Positions 11,298 to 21,135 of a stretch of DNA of 64,000 nucleotides are shown piece by piece. The stretch lies in assembly GCA_021201815.1 (NCBI GenBank), contig JAJQEC010000083.1, forward strand, positions 5,177-69,176, in the 5' to 3' direction. The notes beneath the pieces are model-generated. The model saw only the letters and a list, made by a program, of their open reading frames with translations, was not told the origin of the DNA and ran no database searches. Numbering within the stretch: position 1 is the first letter of the stretch; the number at the start of each line of letters is the position of its first letter. Source of the DNA: Candidatus Azobacteroides sp. GTDB lineage: Bacteria > Bacteroidota > Bacteroidia > Bacteroidales > WRGA01. Made by a program: the position numbers and the translations under genes.

Positions 11298-12413
11298 ATG
11301 AAAAAATATTGTTATCTTTTTGTCCTGTTTATTTTCTCCCTTCCATCTTTTACTCAGGAAATTATAGAAGTTCCCTTTGTTTACTCTGCAGAACATGAAT
11401 TCAGAAGGATGGAGAAAACAAATCTTAGTCCTTATGCTATGTTTGGTGACAATACAATTACCATGATGACGGCTCACGAACGGAATTCTGATTATGATCT
11501 GAAAATCCCGGTAATAGATCTAAAGGGGTTTCCAGGAGAATTTTGTCTGAATATGAGAACCGGTAAAGCAACAGTTTTAGATAATGAAGGATTTGTAATT
11601 TATGAAGAAATATTTCCTATGGATGCAAGAGCACGTTTTCTTACAATAGATCCGATGGCAGAGAAATATTATTCCATTAGTCCCTATGTTTACTGCGCAA
11701 ATAATCCGCTGAAATTTGTAGACCCTGATGGTCGGGAGATTTCTTTTAGTTTTGATTATGAAAAAGATAAGGACGGTAATTATGTTTTAGATAAATATGG
11801 AAATAAGAATATAACTAGTATAACAATGAATGTAACCGGAAAAGTATTAAATATGTCAAACGGCGGTGAAATAGATGTAAATGAAGCAACCGGACGTATT
11901 ATAGCTCAACTGGAAGCATCTTTCTCTGGAGATTTGGATGGGGTCTCATTTACTACCAGGGCCAATTTAACAGTTGCCAGTAGCATGAATGATGTTGCAG
12001 AAAATGATCATTTGTTTGTATTAGCTGATATTTCTTCTCATAAGGGTAAGACTCCAAATGGAGTTGCTAACCAGCTGGGTGGAAAAGTTGCTTTTATTAG
12101 TGCAGATTATTTCAGAGGACCTTGGGATACAACTATAGGAAATCTTGGTCCAGCTGTGGCAGCTCATGAGTTCGGACATCTGGCTAATTTAAAGCATTCG
12201 CCCAAAGGTCTTATGCGTGCAGCGTTTAAAAATTCTTTTTATACATCTTCTACGGACGTTCAGCCTAGTCAGTTACAGCAAATAGTAAATAGTGAATCAT
12301 CCCTTAATCAAGGAAATAATTATGAGTTAGTGCCTAGCAGAACAAAGTGGGGAACTGGAATGATAAAAAAAACACATAGAGGAAGAGAAGGCATAAGATA
12401 TATTAATTATTAA
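11298..12413 (+). CDS. Secreted polymorphic-toxin-like protein: Rhs-core tip motif plus C-terminal HExxH metallopeptidase domain
   Basis: 371 aa. Signal peptide, then RFLTIDPMAEKYYSISPYVYCANNPLKFVDPDGRE (Rhs/YD core end motif), then AAHEFGHLANLKH (HExxHxxxxxH spacing). Confidence 0.7.
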   Translation: MKKYCYLFVLFIFSLPSFTQEIIEVPFVYSAEHEFRRMEKTNLSPYAMFGDNTITMMTAHERNSDYDLKIPVIDLKGFPGEFCLNMRTGKATVLDNEGFVIYEEIFPMDARARFLTIDPMAEKYYSISPYVYCANNPLKFVDPDGREISFSFDYEKDKDGNYVLDKYGNKNITSITMNVTGKVLNMSNGGEIDVNEATGRIIAQLEASFSGDLDGVSFTTRANLTVASSMNDVAENDHLFVLADISSHKGKTPNGVANQLGGKVAFISADYFRGPWDTTIGNLGPAVAAHEFGHLANLKHSPKGLMRAAFKNSFYTSSTDVQPSQLQQIVNSESSLNQGNNYELVPSRTKWGTGMIKKTHRGREGIRYINY

Positions 12414-12415
12414 AA

Positions 12416-12883
12416 ATGATTAGAAAGTTAATAAAAAAAATAACAAAGGTCTTATTTATTCTATTTTTTGCCTTTTTTCTTTTTCAAGTATATTTTATTA
12501 TTAAGAATAAGGGTAATCTGGTTCTGGAAATAAGTAATGATTCGCTGAATATTGAGCAGATAGAAGTATATATCGATAATAAGAAAGTATTGGACCAGTT
12601 TGTTTTAAATGAAGGAATGCATATTTACAATAGTTATTCTTTATTTATAAGTCCCACAAATCATACTCTTTTTGTGAAAGTTGGTGATAATATTAGTGAA
12701 AAATATGAATTTAATGGATTTTTAGCTACTTGGGTGATTATAAATTATTATGGAAGTCGTTTTATTCATATAGATCGTGAAATTTTTTATATCGATTCAA
12801 ATAAATTGCCTCTTTGGTGGTATGCGAATTTGAATCCCGGAAAAAATATAGAACTGGCAACAACTATCAAAGAGATGAATTAA
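12416..12883 (+). CDS. Candidate cognate immunity protein (membrane-anchored)
   Basis: 155 aa. Starts 3 nt after the toxin stop, has an N-terminal TM helix, is very AT-rich and has no recognisable motif. The call rests on position only. Confidence 0.4.
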   Translation: MIRKLIKKITKVLFILFFAFFLFQVYFIIKNKGNLVLEISNDSLNIEQIEVYIDNKKVLDQFVLNEGMHIYNSYSLFISPTNHTLFVKVGDNISEKYEFNGFLATWVIINYYGSRFIHIDREIFYIDSNKLPLWWYANLNPGKNIELATTIKEMN

Positions 12884-13097
12884 TATAAATATGAGTTATA
12901 TTAATTTTTTTCTATTTTGATGATGATTTTTAATGGAATTATTGTCGCAATTCAACTTTTAGAAATATGTATTAAATACAAGAATAATGAATAATATTAT
13001 TCTTAAAAAGTTGGTAGTTTTAATAGATAGATTTATTTGGATTTTAAAAATAAAGTAAATAATATCTTAATTTTACCAGCTCTTATTAAAATAATAT

Positions 13098-14180
13098 ATG
13101 AAAAAAATAAAATCACTTTTTCTCTTATTCATTTATTGGGGATTATATGTAGTAAATGCGCAAAATATTAATCCGAATGACACACTCCTTGTGGATTTTA
13201 ACTGTTTATCTCAGGATACATATTTTAATGTAGCTTATCAGGAAATAACAGATATGCTGGAAGGAAAAGACTCATTGAATTTAAAACGAGCCTCTTTTTT
13301 AGTAGATTGGGCTTATATGGAAGGACAGCCGGATTATAAGGAATATTGCCATCATATCGATTCGGTTGTTTCTATGCTGCGTAATTTTATTAATATAAAT
13401 AATCTACAACAATACAGGACGGCAGGAAACTTTGCCTTGTTTGAATATTTTACCAAATCTAATCTCCTGAATGGAAATAATAAATTTACGTATGATTTTG
13501 AAGACCCTTTCGGCAAAAAAGATTTTATGTCTTTATCCCTTTGTAAAGTAATGAAAACCCATAAGGGGCAATGTCGTTCTTTACCTCTTTATTATAAAAT
13601 CCTATCTGACCATTTAGGTGCTGAATCTTTTTTAGCATTAGCACCTCATCATATGTATATAAAGCATCTTGATAAAAATAACAGGTGGGTCAACATTGAA
13701 TTAACCAATGGTACTTTTTCTACGGATGCATGGATGATCTCCTCTATGGCCATTTCTTCCGAAGCGATCAGAAATAAACTATTTCTGGATGCGCTAAGCA
13801 GTAGAGAAAACATAGCAATGATGTTAGGTGATTTATCCATATCTTATACTAGCAAATATGATGTATATGATAATTTTACTATGAAATGTGCTTGCAGAAT
13901 ATTAGACTATTTTCCTCACTATATAAGTGGATTAATTATTAAATATAACACATTGCTTGAATTTGGAAAAAACTACATGGCTCAATATGGAGAAACTTAC
14001 TCTCCTTTTATTTATGCAGGTTGGAAGGAAATGACTGCTACAAGAAAATTAATTGAATCTTATGGCTATCTGGAAACTACAAGAGAGAATTATGAAGATT
14101 GGATTAAAGAAATGGAAAGAGAAAAAGAAAATATTCTAAATCCTTCTTATGGAAATACATCTCAAAATGAAATAGAATAA
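13098..14180 (+). CDS. Secreted transglutaminase-like (Cys-His-Asp/Glu papain-fold) protein
   Basis: 360 aa. Signal peptide, then HKGQCRSLPLYYKILSDHLG...LAPHHMYIKH...RWVNIELTNG, which resembles the TGase-core C..H..D/E arrangement. Confidence 0.5.
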   Translation: MKKIKSLFLLFIYWGLYVVNAQNINPNDTLLVDFNCLSQDTYFNVAYQEITDMLEGKDSLNLKRASFLVDWAYMEGQPDYKEYCHHIDSVVSMLRNFININNLQQYRTAGNFALFEYFTKSNLLNGNNKFTYDFEDPFGKKDFMSLSLCKVMKTHKGQCRSLPLYYKILSDHLGAESFLALAPHHMYIKHLDKNNRWVNIELTNGTFSTDAWMISSMAISSEAIRNKLFLDALSSRENIAMMLGDLSISYTSKYDVYDNFTMKCACRILDYFPHYISGLIIKYNTLLEFGKNYMAQYGETYSPFIYAGWKEMTATRKLIESYGYLETTRENYEDWIKEMEREKENILNPSYGNTSQNEIE

Positions 14181-14252
14181 ACAAGCTTTATTTCTATTCT
14201 GATAAAAGAAGTTCTATATACGACAGGTATTTTTCAATTGCTGGGAAATAGG

Positions 14253-14325
14253 TGTTTATCACATTCAAGAATTGACAAAGTCAATTTCCTTATTGGCACA
14301 TTGGCATATTTTCACATTGGCACAT
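14253..14325 (-). repeat. Right inverted repeat bracketing the toxin cassette
   Basis: The reverse complement is identical to the first 34 nt of 11101-11177 and to the gtcaattcttgaatgtgataaa part. The hairpin loop aaa is not inverted. Confidence 0.85.
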
Positions 14326-14332
14326 TAATTAG

Positions 14333-14340
14333 TATATTTG
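14333..14340 (+). promoter_or_regulatory. -7 box TATATTTG upstream of gcvH
   Basis: Matches TAnnTTTG, 44 nt upstream of the ATG at 14384. Confidence 0.5.
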
Positions 14341-14383
14341 TAGAGATTTAATTAACCACATTTCTAATTTTAAACCTAAGATC

Positions 14384-14764
14384 ATGAACTTCCCGACCGA
14401 TTTATTGTATACGACAGACCATGAATGGATTCGTATAGAAGAAAACACTGCCTACATAGGTATTACCGATTATGCCCAGAGTGAATTGGGCGAAATTGTG
14501 TTTGTGGATGTAGATTCATTAGATAATACGGTTCAGAAAGGAGAAGTCTTTGGGACTATCGAGGCGGTTAAAGCCGTAAGTGATTTGTACATGCCTGTAT
14601 CGGGAACCGTGTTGGAGGTAAACCCGGACCTGGATGATCATCCGGAGTTAATCAATGAAGACCCCTATGGTGATGGCTGGATTATTAAAATAGAAATTAC
14701 CGGGAAAGGGGAGGAGCAGGTCCTGCTTTCTCAAAATGAATATACTACTTTAATTAATGAATAA
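14384..14764 (+). CDS. gcvH: Glycine cleavage system H protein
   Basis: 126 aa with lipoyl-lysine motif IEAVKAVSDLY. Confidence 0.93.
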   Translation: MNFPTDLLYTTDHEWIRIEENTAYIGITDYAQSELGEIVFVDVDSLDNTVQKGEVFGTIEAVKAVSDLYMPVSGTVLEVNPDLDDHPELINEDPYGDGWIIKIEITGKGEEQVLLSQNEYTTLINE

Positions 14765-14774
14765 CGATTAATAG

Positions 14775-15281
14775 ATGAATCCGATTGTAAGTATTATCAT
14801 GGGCAGTACTTCCGACCTGCCTGTTATGGAAAAAGCGGCTCAGTTACTGAATGAACTGGAAATCCCGTTTGAGATAAATGCATTGTCCGCTCACCGCACT
14901 CCTGCCGAAGTGGAGGAGTTTGCCAAAAATGCTTCCGGACGAGGAATAAAGGTTATCATTGCAGCAGCCGGAATGGCGGCCCATCTGCCGGGAGTAATTG
15001 CTTCCATGACTACTGTTCCTGTTATCGGTGTACCGATCAATGCTTCTCTTGCAGGAATGGATGCCTTGCTGGCAATTGTTCAGATGCCTCCGGGAATACC
15101 TGTTGCCACAGTAGGAATAAATGGTGCCTTAAACGCTGGTATTTTAGCTGTACAGATGCTTGCAACCGGAGATAATACCTTACAGCAAAAGCTGGCCGTT
15201 TATAAAGAAAACCTGAAAAAGAAAATCGTACAGGCCAACGAAGAACTGGCTAAGGTATCTTATCCATTTAAGACAAACTGA
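14775..15281 (+). CDS. purE: N5-carboxyaminoimidazole ribonucleotide mutase
   Basis: 168 aa. IIMGSTSD...SAHRTP...AAGMAAHLPG is a typical PurE sequence. Confidence 0.93.
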   Translation: MNPIVSIIMGSTSDLPVMEKAAQLLNELEIPFEINALSAHRTPAEVEEFAKNASGRGIKVIIAAAGMAAHLPGVIASMTTVPVIGVPINASLAGMDALLAIVQMPPGIPVATVGINGALNAGILAVQMLATGDNTLQQKLAVYKENLKKKIVQANEELAKVSYPFKTN

Positions 15282-15302
15282 TTCTATAGGGTATAAGAAA
15301 AG

Positions 15303-15352
15303 AAAAAACGGAGAACGGAAAGTCTAATGATTATTTCCGTTCCCCGTTTTTT
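15303..15352. terminator. Bidirectional hairpin terminator between purE and the convergent small gene
   Basis: aaaaaacggagaacggaaa / tttccgttccccgtttttt stem (one mismatch), flanked by A and T runs. Confidence 0.7.
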
Positions 15353-15403
15353 CTTTTCGTCGGTTAGCTATGCCAAATGCAGTTTCTTCAAATTCACATA
15401 GGG

Positions 15404-15736
15404 TTACGAAGAAATTTTCTTTCGTTTTTTCTTTACATATGCAATAAATAAGCCGGAAAAAATAAGTAACACCAGCTCCGGCGTCTCTTCAAAAGAAAGA
15501 GTATTATCCCCGCCAATCGGATCAAACCAGCTACTTGCCTGTGCTTGTTCATCCTGTGTGATTTCCTCTCCTGTTTCCTTTTCGGAAAAAAATTCCGTCT
15601 CTTTTTTTTCGGATTTTCTATGGGATAAGAACTCTTTCTTCTGGAAAGTATTATTATCCGGAAATATATTTTCTTCAGCTTGTATGGAAAAAGAAAAAAG
15701 CATACATACTATAAAGCATAAAAAATATGTTTTCAT
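15404..15736 (-). CDS. Small-protein family member S1 (signal peptide, acidic linker, SWFDPIGGD motif, PEP-CTERM-like tail)
   Basis: 110 aa. The tail is TPELVLLIFSGLFIAYVKKKRKK. Lies 47 nt downstream of the 1153-aa gene on the same strand. Confidence 0.65.
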   Translation of the reverse strand: MKTYFLCFIVCMLFSFSIQAEENIFPDNNTFQKKEFLSHRKSEKKETEFFSEKETGEEITQDEQAQASSWFDPIGGDNTLSFEETPELVLLIFSGLFIAYVKKKRKKISS

Positions 15737-15783
15737 CGTTGCGGATAGTTATTATATAAAGTTGTTGTTTCTGTTTACTTTTG

Positions 15784-18700
15784 TCAGAATATGGTTACCA
15801 TAAACTTATGGCGTTCGGAAGCATTTCCGGAGAATGACACTTCACAAATATATATCCCTGCTGCGGATAAGGGAAGCATAGTCTCAACCTCTAGCCGGGA
15901 ATGTGCCGGTTCCGATACTATCTTTTTTCCCTGTATATCATATACCATAATCTTTTCAACCGGTTGTCCTGCTGTTACAGAAAGGATTCCGTTTCTATAA
16001 AATACCCTTACCAGCTTATTTTTCCCGGCATCCGGATTCTCTTTTATAGAAGACAAAGAGCCTATATTTTTTATCCGGATCTCAAACCGTTCTTCCATTC
16101 CCGGATCATGTGTAAAAGAATAGGTGTTTTCCTGGTAGAAGTCTATTTCCTTGTTTAGTTTTTTATCATACAATACCAGGTCGGAAGTCGAAAGTTTTTC
16201 CGTATTGATAACCCGTAGTTTCATTTCTTCCTCCGTAATACATTTTATTCCCATCTGTAGAGTTGCTTCTTCCCCGAATATATACTGGATATCGTTTTTT
16301 GTGGGCCTGTTGTTGTCCATAATATACAACTGGGGAACCAACAAGTTTTCCTCGTGGGAGATAAACATTTTTTTTGAATTTTCCCCATTCTCTTTATTCA
16401 GAGCCAGCGTCACCATCGACTGGTTTGTGCCGTTTTCCGCCAGAAAGAAAAGAATATCCGGTTGATACTTGCTTCCCGTAGTTTTTAGCTGTAGGGGTTC
16501 ATTTTCCGGTCTGGTTACAGATGCCTCGGAAGGAAAAGAAATATCTACCGTATTTCCCGGCTGTATAGTCGATAGAAAGAATGCCTGTAGCGGTGCGATA
16601 TAGTTATCAAATAAAGGATTCGGGCCTATATGGTAATCGTAACTCTGAAACTGGTGATTTTCATACAGTTTAAAACTACTTTCTATTTTTCCTGTGTTTG
16701 CTTCATATAGTTTATCAAAATCCAGGGAAGAAACAAACGGATTCCCAATCATTACCTCTTTCCCTGCCGGCACGGTAATTGGAAACGGGTCCAGTGGATT
16801 ATTAGCATCATCCTCAAATACAAACCGGTATGCTTCGTCTGCACGGTAAAGTGTATCGGGTGTACGGGTGGAAAAAGGAAATCCGTCTTTCCCGTGGTAA
16901 AAGTAGCGGAAGGTACTGTATCCTTCCGTTGCGTTATAGGAATGAATGCGGTGCCGGTCACTTACAGACTGATTTTCAAAATAAGGAATTTCAATAATTC
17001 CTTTCAGTGCGTTGAGATTAGAATGGTCCTCTTTTCCCAATATCCCATATTCATGATGATCCACCAGTAGGGTAATGGCATAATTGGACGTAGTTCCCAG
17101 TTCATATCCGTTGGTCATGTCATTCATGGTCCAGCTACCCTCCAGTTCATCGCTATCACCGGAATTTCCGTCGGAAGAAGAAAATAACATCTGGTAGGTA
17201 AACGGATATCCCCCCAAGGAAAAGTCTCCTGAAGCAATTTTCTTTAGTGGCGCAGCCAGTGCATACCATCGGTTTCTTACCAATGGGGTAGCAGAATAAG
17301 CATCTCCGTCTGTTTTATATGTGTTGCCGTCGTAGTAACCAACATTATATTGAATAAATGCCTGCTTGTAAGTCAACAGCTGGGGTTTTGCTACTTCTCC
17401 TCCAAAATGGAAGTAAATCCTGTTGCATAGAGGATCGCCATACTTATCCCTTGGAGTATTCGTAGTGTCCAAGGATGGATAATTAGACGCGTTCCCCGGA
17501 ATATATACATCCGTACAATATTCAGGTACAAACACGGAAATACCCCCCGAGACAGTCAGCCAGTTTGAAGGATTGTTCCAGTTATTGTCCTCGGCAGCCG
17601 GATTCCAGGTCAATATATTGTCGGTTATCTCTATTTCACATGATAAGTTAGCCCGTTGTCCGGTAATAAAAACTACTTCCATTTCAATTTTATGCGTCCC
17701 TTTTGTAAGAGAGGTACTCCAGGTATGTATATTTCTTTTTGTGGTGTCTTCTATATCATCAATATACCAGTAAAGATAATCCCAGGACGTATCTACATCT
17801 CCTTCAATCACTGCTTCCAGAAGAATATCGTCACACACGGGAACTTGTTTTCCATCTATATGGTCGTAGGCAACTTCATTGACAAAAAATTCGGAGGCAC
17901 GGTTGATTTCTTTAAATGTACATCCTACCTGGTAATAATAGCTTTCTGCTTCTCCATACCCGTATCCCCATACCAGCATTCCTTCCGGATTGTAAAAAGT
18001 ATAATTCAGGGTTTCATCAAGTTTTACACGGATATAAGAATAACCGGAATGATGATCTGTCCATACCCCTGTAAGAGTAGCCCATGTCTCGTTGATATTG
18101 GTTTTCCATTGAGTAGAATTTTTATCACTTGTTTTTACTACTAAAATGGCATAATGCAATTCAACACTTGTTTGCCCCTGAGATACATATGCAGCCAGGT
18201 TCATACTTTCATTCAGCATCTGTTCTATCGGAGAAATCCATGCCAGCGCGGGATCTCCGATGCTGTTCCTTCCATTCAGAATTAACTCCTGTTCCGGGTA
18301 AGACCAGCCAACCATATACGAACATACGGCCACAGGCAGGTCCGAGGTGATATAAGCGCCAGCTTCCGAATGCCTTACAAACTCCTCTACAAATTCTCCT
18401 ACATTTATCGTATGTGTATTGTCACCGGTAAGTGTTTTCAGTGTAACCGTTGTATTATCTTCCGATGCTATGATTCGTATGATTTCAATTCCGGCATCTG
18501 TTACCGGAACAAAGAATTCTTTCCCCCATTTATCTACAGACACCATCTGCTCGAAAAGGTTATCCACGGCATTATATCCTACCGGAATATTTGTGCCATG
18601 GTTTACAACAAAACAAGCTACGGGCCTGGAAGCTCTGAGAAAAGTTCCGGTTAAATCTTCATTTAAATCACTTAAATGGCAATATACTTCTCCCTTAGAT

Positions 18701-19245
18701 AGGGTCGTTACAGGTTGTGGGGAATTATTCAGGAAAATATTTGTCCCGTCTTCTTCTGCAATCAATAAGAAAGAATCATAACTAAAATAAACCTCATTAT
18801 AATAATAAGGAGAATAAGACATAATATAATATCTTACTCCATAACTTTCTATAGGAAATACAGAAGCAGCTTCCGCAATCGAACGGGCCTGATTAAAAGC
18901 GTACACAAAAACATCCTCCGTAGAAGTTATTTTCAGGGACTTGTTTGAAGTTCCTGAGGCATCATTGGTTACCAGTTCTTTTTGATAATCATCCAGGGCA
19001 TACGTAATGATTTCATTTTCTGCCATGTGTATCTCATGGGAGCTATTGTCTTCTGTAAAAAGCAGGGTAACCGTACAGGCTTTAAGCGCTACAATACGAA
19101 CCTCCATGGAAGCCTCCTGACCGTTGTTCGGACCGAATGCGATCCAAAAATCCTTACCTCTTGTATCCTGTTGTGCATGAATATTGGTACAAAAACATAC
19201 AAACAAGCACAAAGCTGTCAGGTAAAAAGCTATATTTTTTCTCAT
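15784..19245 (-). CDS. Giant T9SS cargo protein (IgGFc-binding-like N-domain, shared central module, T9SS C-terminal domain)
   Basis: 1153 aa. Signal peptide, GKDFWIAFGPN start of the domain, C-terminal ...IMVYDIQGKKI...GIYICEVSF...KFMVTIF. Paralog of 54607-58038. Confidence 0.85.
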   Translation of the reverse strand: MRKNIAFYLTALCLFVCFCTNIHAQQDTRGKDFWIAFGPNNGQEASMEVRIVALKACTVTLLFTEDNSSHEIHMAENEIITYALDDYQKELVTNDASGTSNKSLKITSTEDVFVYAFNQARSIAEAASVFPIESYGVRYYIMSYSPYYYNEVYFSYDSFLLIAEEDGTNIFLNNSPQPVTTLSKGEVYCHLSDLNEDLTGTFLRASRPVACFVVNHGTNIPVGYNAVDNLFEQMVSVDKWGKEFFVPVTDAGIEIIRIIASEDNTTVTLKTLTGDNTHTINVGEFVEEFVRHSEAGAYITSDLPVAVCSYMVGWSYPEQELILNGRNSIGDPALAWISPIEQMLNESMNLAAYVSQGQTSVELHYAILVVKTSDKNSTQWKTNINETWATLTGVWTDHHSGYSYIRVKLDETLNYTFYNPEGMLVWGYGYGEAESYYYQVGCTFKEINRASEFFVNEVAYDHIDGKQVPVCDDILLEAVIEGDVDTSWDYLYWYIDDIEDTTKRNIHTWSTSLTKGTHKIEMEVVFITGQRANLSCEIEITDNILTWNPAAEDNNWNNPSNWLTVSGGISVFVPEYCTDVYIPGNASNYPSLDTTNTPRDKYGDPLCNRIYFHFGGEVAKPQLLTYKQAFIQYNVGYYDGNTYKTDGDAYSATPLVRNRWYALAAPLKKIASGDFSLGGYPFTYQMLFSSSDGNSGDSDELEGSWTMNDMTNGYELGTTSNYAITLLVDHHEYGILGKEDHSNLNALKGIIEIPYFENQSVSDRHRIHSYNATEGYSTFRYFYHGKDGFPFSTRTPDTLYRADEAYRFVFEDDANNPLDPFPITVPAGKEVMIGNPFVSSLDFDKLYEANTGKIESSFKLYENHQFQSYDYHIGPNPLFDNYIAPLQAFFLSTIQPGNTVDISFPSEASVTRPENEPLQLKTTGSKYQPDILFFLAENGTNQSMVTLALNKENGENSKKMFISHEENLLVPQLYIMDNNRPTKNDIQYIFGEEATLQMGIKCITEEEMKLRVINTEKLSTSDLVLYDKKLNKEIDFYQENTYSFTHDPGMEERFEIRIKNIGSLSSIKENPDAGKNKLVRVFYRNGILSVTAGQPVEKIMVYDIQGKKIVSEPAHSRLEVETMLPLSAAGIYICEVSFSGNASERHKFMVTIF

Positions 19246-20922
19246 GTTATATTTACTTAGGATTTATTTTAATAATATTTAATATATATTTTATGGATAA
19301 AATTCGGCAAAAATATAAAAAGATGTTTTTGAAAAATAGTGGTAGGAATTTTTCCTGTAAAAAATAAGGAGTCAATAGGTTATACCCTGATACGGATTGG
19401 TTTTAATCACTAAAAGGGTAACCTTCCATAGTTCCTTTAACCCGTTAGGGTATATAGGGCTTTGGTAAATAAAGGGTTGAAATTAAATGAAATAGAATGA
19501 AAAGGCCTTCCTGTGAAAATAAAAGGCCGAAATATAAAAACGGTTAAAGCTGAATATGTGGTTTTGAATAAAGAAAAAAATAACCGGAAGAACTGCCTAA
19601 GCAGAGACGTTCTGTTACCATATAAGTAATTCCTAACATTATATATACAGTCTATTTTTAATAAAATAGAGATAACTTCCAAATTATCAGAAGAAAAAGA
19701 GTTGTAATACCTCTTTCTCAGAGAATAAAATTTCATATATTTCCGCTCCGTTAACCTTACCTTAACTTACCTTACAATGCCTTACCTTATCTCAGGATAC
19801 TCTCTGTTCTGCAATTGTCGTTAATTGCTGGAACAAAATTAAATAAATATTTTAGTATACCAAATCTTTATGAAAATCAAAAATTATAATCGGTTAAAAA
19901 TTATTATTATTTATTTCAGAATCTAAAAAATGGATCAGGTTGATGCATTAAAATGTCCTGGTTCTTCTGCGGCCTATGCATTGAAGAGTTAACCAATGCC
20001 GGATGTTTCACCGGAAAAGGGTGAAATATGCTGATAAAAGATGAGTCGCATGCCAGGGAAGGTGTATCAAAAGTCTAATCCTCCTTTCATAAAATGATAA
20101 ATCCTAAGGACTGACCCCGGATGGAGTCAACTATGAATAAAGGCGGGTGAAACCCGTGGATGGAAAAATCCTTCACCTATACCCAACCCGAAAGGGTTCA
20201 ACCCCTTCGGTGTCCCCCATCAGGAGATTTTTAATGCGTAACCCAGAATTATTATTATATGGGATTTCAAATTCTGATAATCAACAAAGGCCGGATTAAA
20301 ATTGAAAATCAGCGGAGCTACATCCGGCCCGACGGGGGACCAGTACGGAAGGGAAGGGATATTGAAAAATCAACTACCATAAATAAATGCGTAATACAAA
20401 AAGATAGGTTAAAGAAAAAATCAAACACCCAAAAGATATTGAACAACATATTATACCCACTGTTTTTAAGTTTCCGGAGGTATTTTTGATTTATCTCCTT
20501 CATGGTGTGCAAATGGCACGTTCAGGTTATGAAACCGACGCCTTGAAGTTATGGAATTAAAGCCTTAATAGCATTGCCCGGTTATTATCAGGCGCACGTT
20601 TCATTACTATCAGACGCACGCCCGACTGCTGTCGGACGATAACTTGGAAGCTTAAAATATAAGACTTTATCACATCGTTTGTATAACCTTATGCTGGTGT
20701 TTTCAGGATGAATGAATCAAAATCAGTATCCTGGAAATTATCCAGTAAAAATGTGCTAGTATATTCATGTTCCGGAGAAGGAGTAGAAACTGGCCAACGT
20801 CTCCTATCCTTTCAAGACAAATTAATTAATTAGCGTCAACAACGAAGAGCCAGAAATGTGAAATAATAGACATTATTTCGTATTTCTGGCCCTTTATTTC
20901 TTAATCCTTCCGCATACCGGCA

Positions 20923-20970
20923 AGCTACGTTAGTGGCGACATGCACCAGCCGTTCGGCCTCAGCCCACAG
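20923..20970 (+). repeat. 48-nt intergenic repeat, copy 3 (solo)
   Basis: agctacgttagtggcgacatgcaccagccgttcggcctcagcccacag, about 75% identical to 4914-4961 with one indel. Confidence 0.65.
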
Positions 20971-21051
20971 ACTAATATAAATTATATAAAAACAAACAAT
21001 CGGGGAAAAATAAATTTCGAAAATATTAAATCATAGTTTAAAAAATATAAA

Positions 21052-21135
21052 AAAGGCCGGAAGTGGATAAGATAAAACAAGAGAAAAGAATGGTAAGGAT
21101 TCCTTTTTATTTTTATCTTACTTTTTCCGGCCTTT
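21052..21135 (-). terminator. Long hairpin terminator after the S2 gene
   Basis: aaaggccggaa..taagataaaa / ttttatctta..ttccggccttt (11 + 10 bp stems). On the minus strand it is followed by a T-rich run. Begins 7 nt after the stop at 21142. Confidence 0.55.

Noticed and set aside
16151-18781. Many 60-160-aa ORFs antisense to or overlapping the giant genes, for example 17656-18144, 18419-18781, 23499-23867, 24807-25157 and 56360-56614.
   Set aside because: They lie entirely inside long, well-supported ORFs on the opposite strand or in another frame. They have odd composition (Cys/His/Arg-rich) and no motifs, so they are shadow ORFs.
20185-20215. tRNA or tRNA-like T-arm (aagggttcaacccctt).
   Set aside because: The loop is 6 nt rather than 7. 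No acceptor, D or anticodon arms can be drawn from the flanking sequence.
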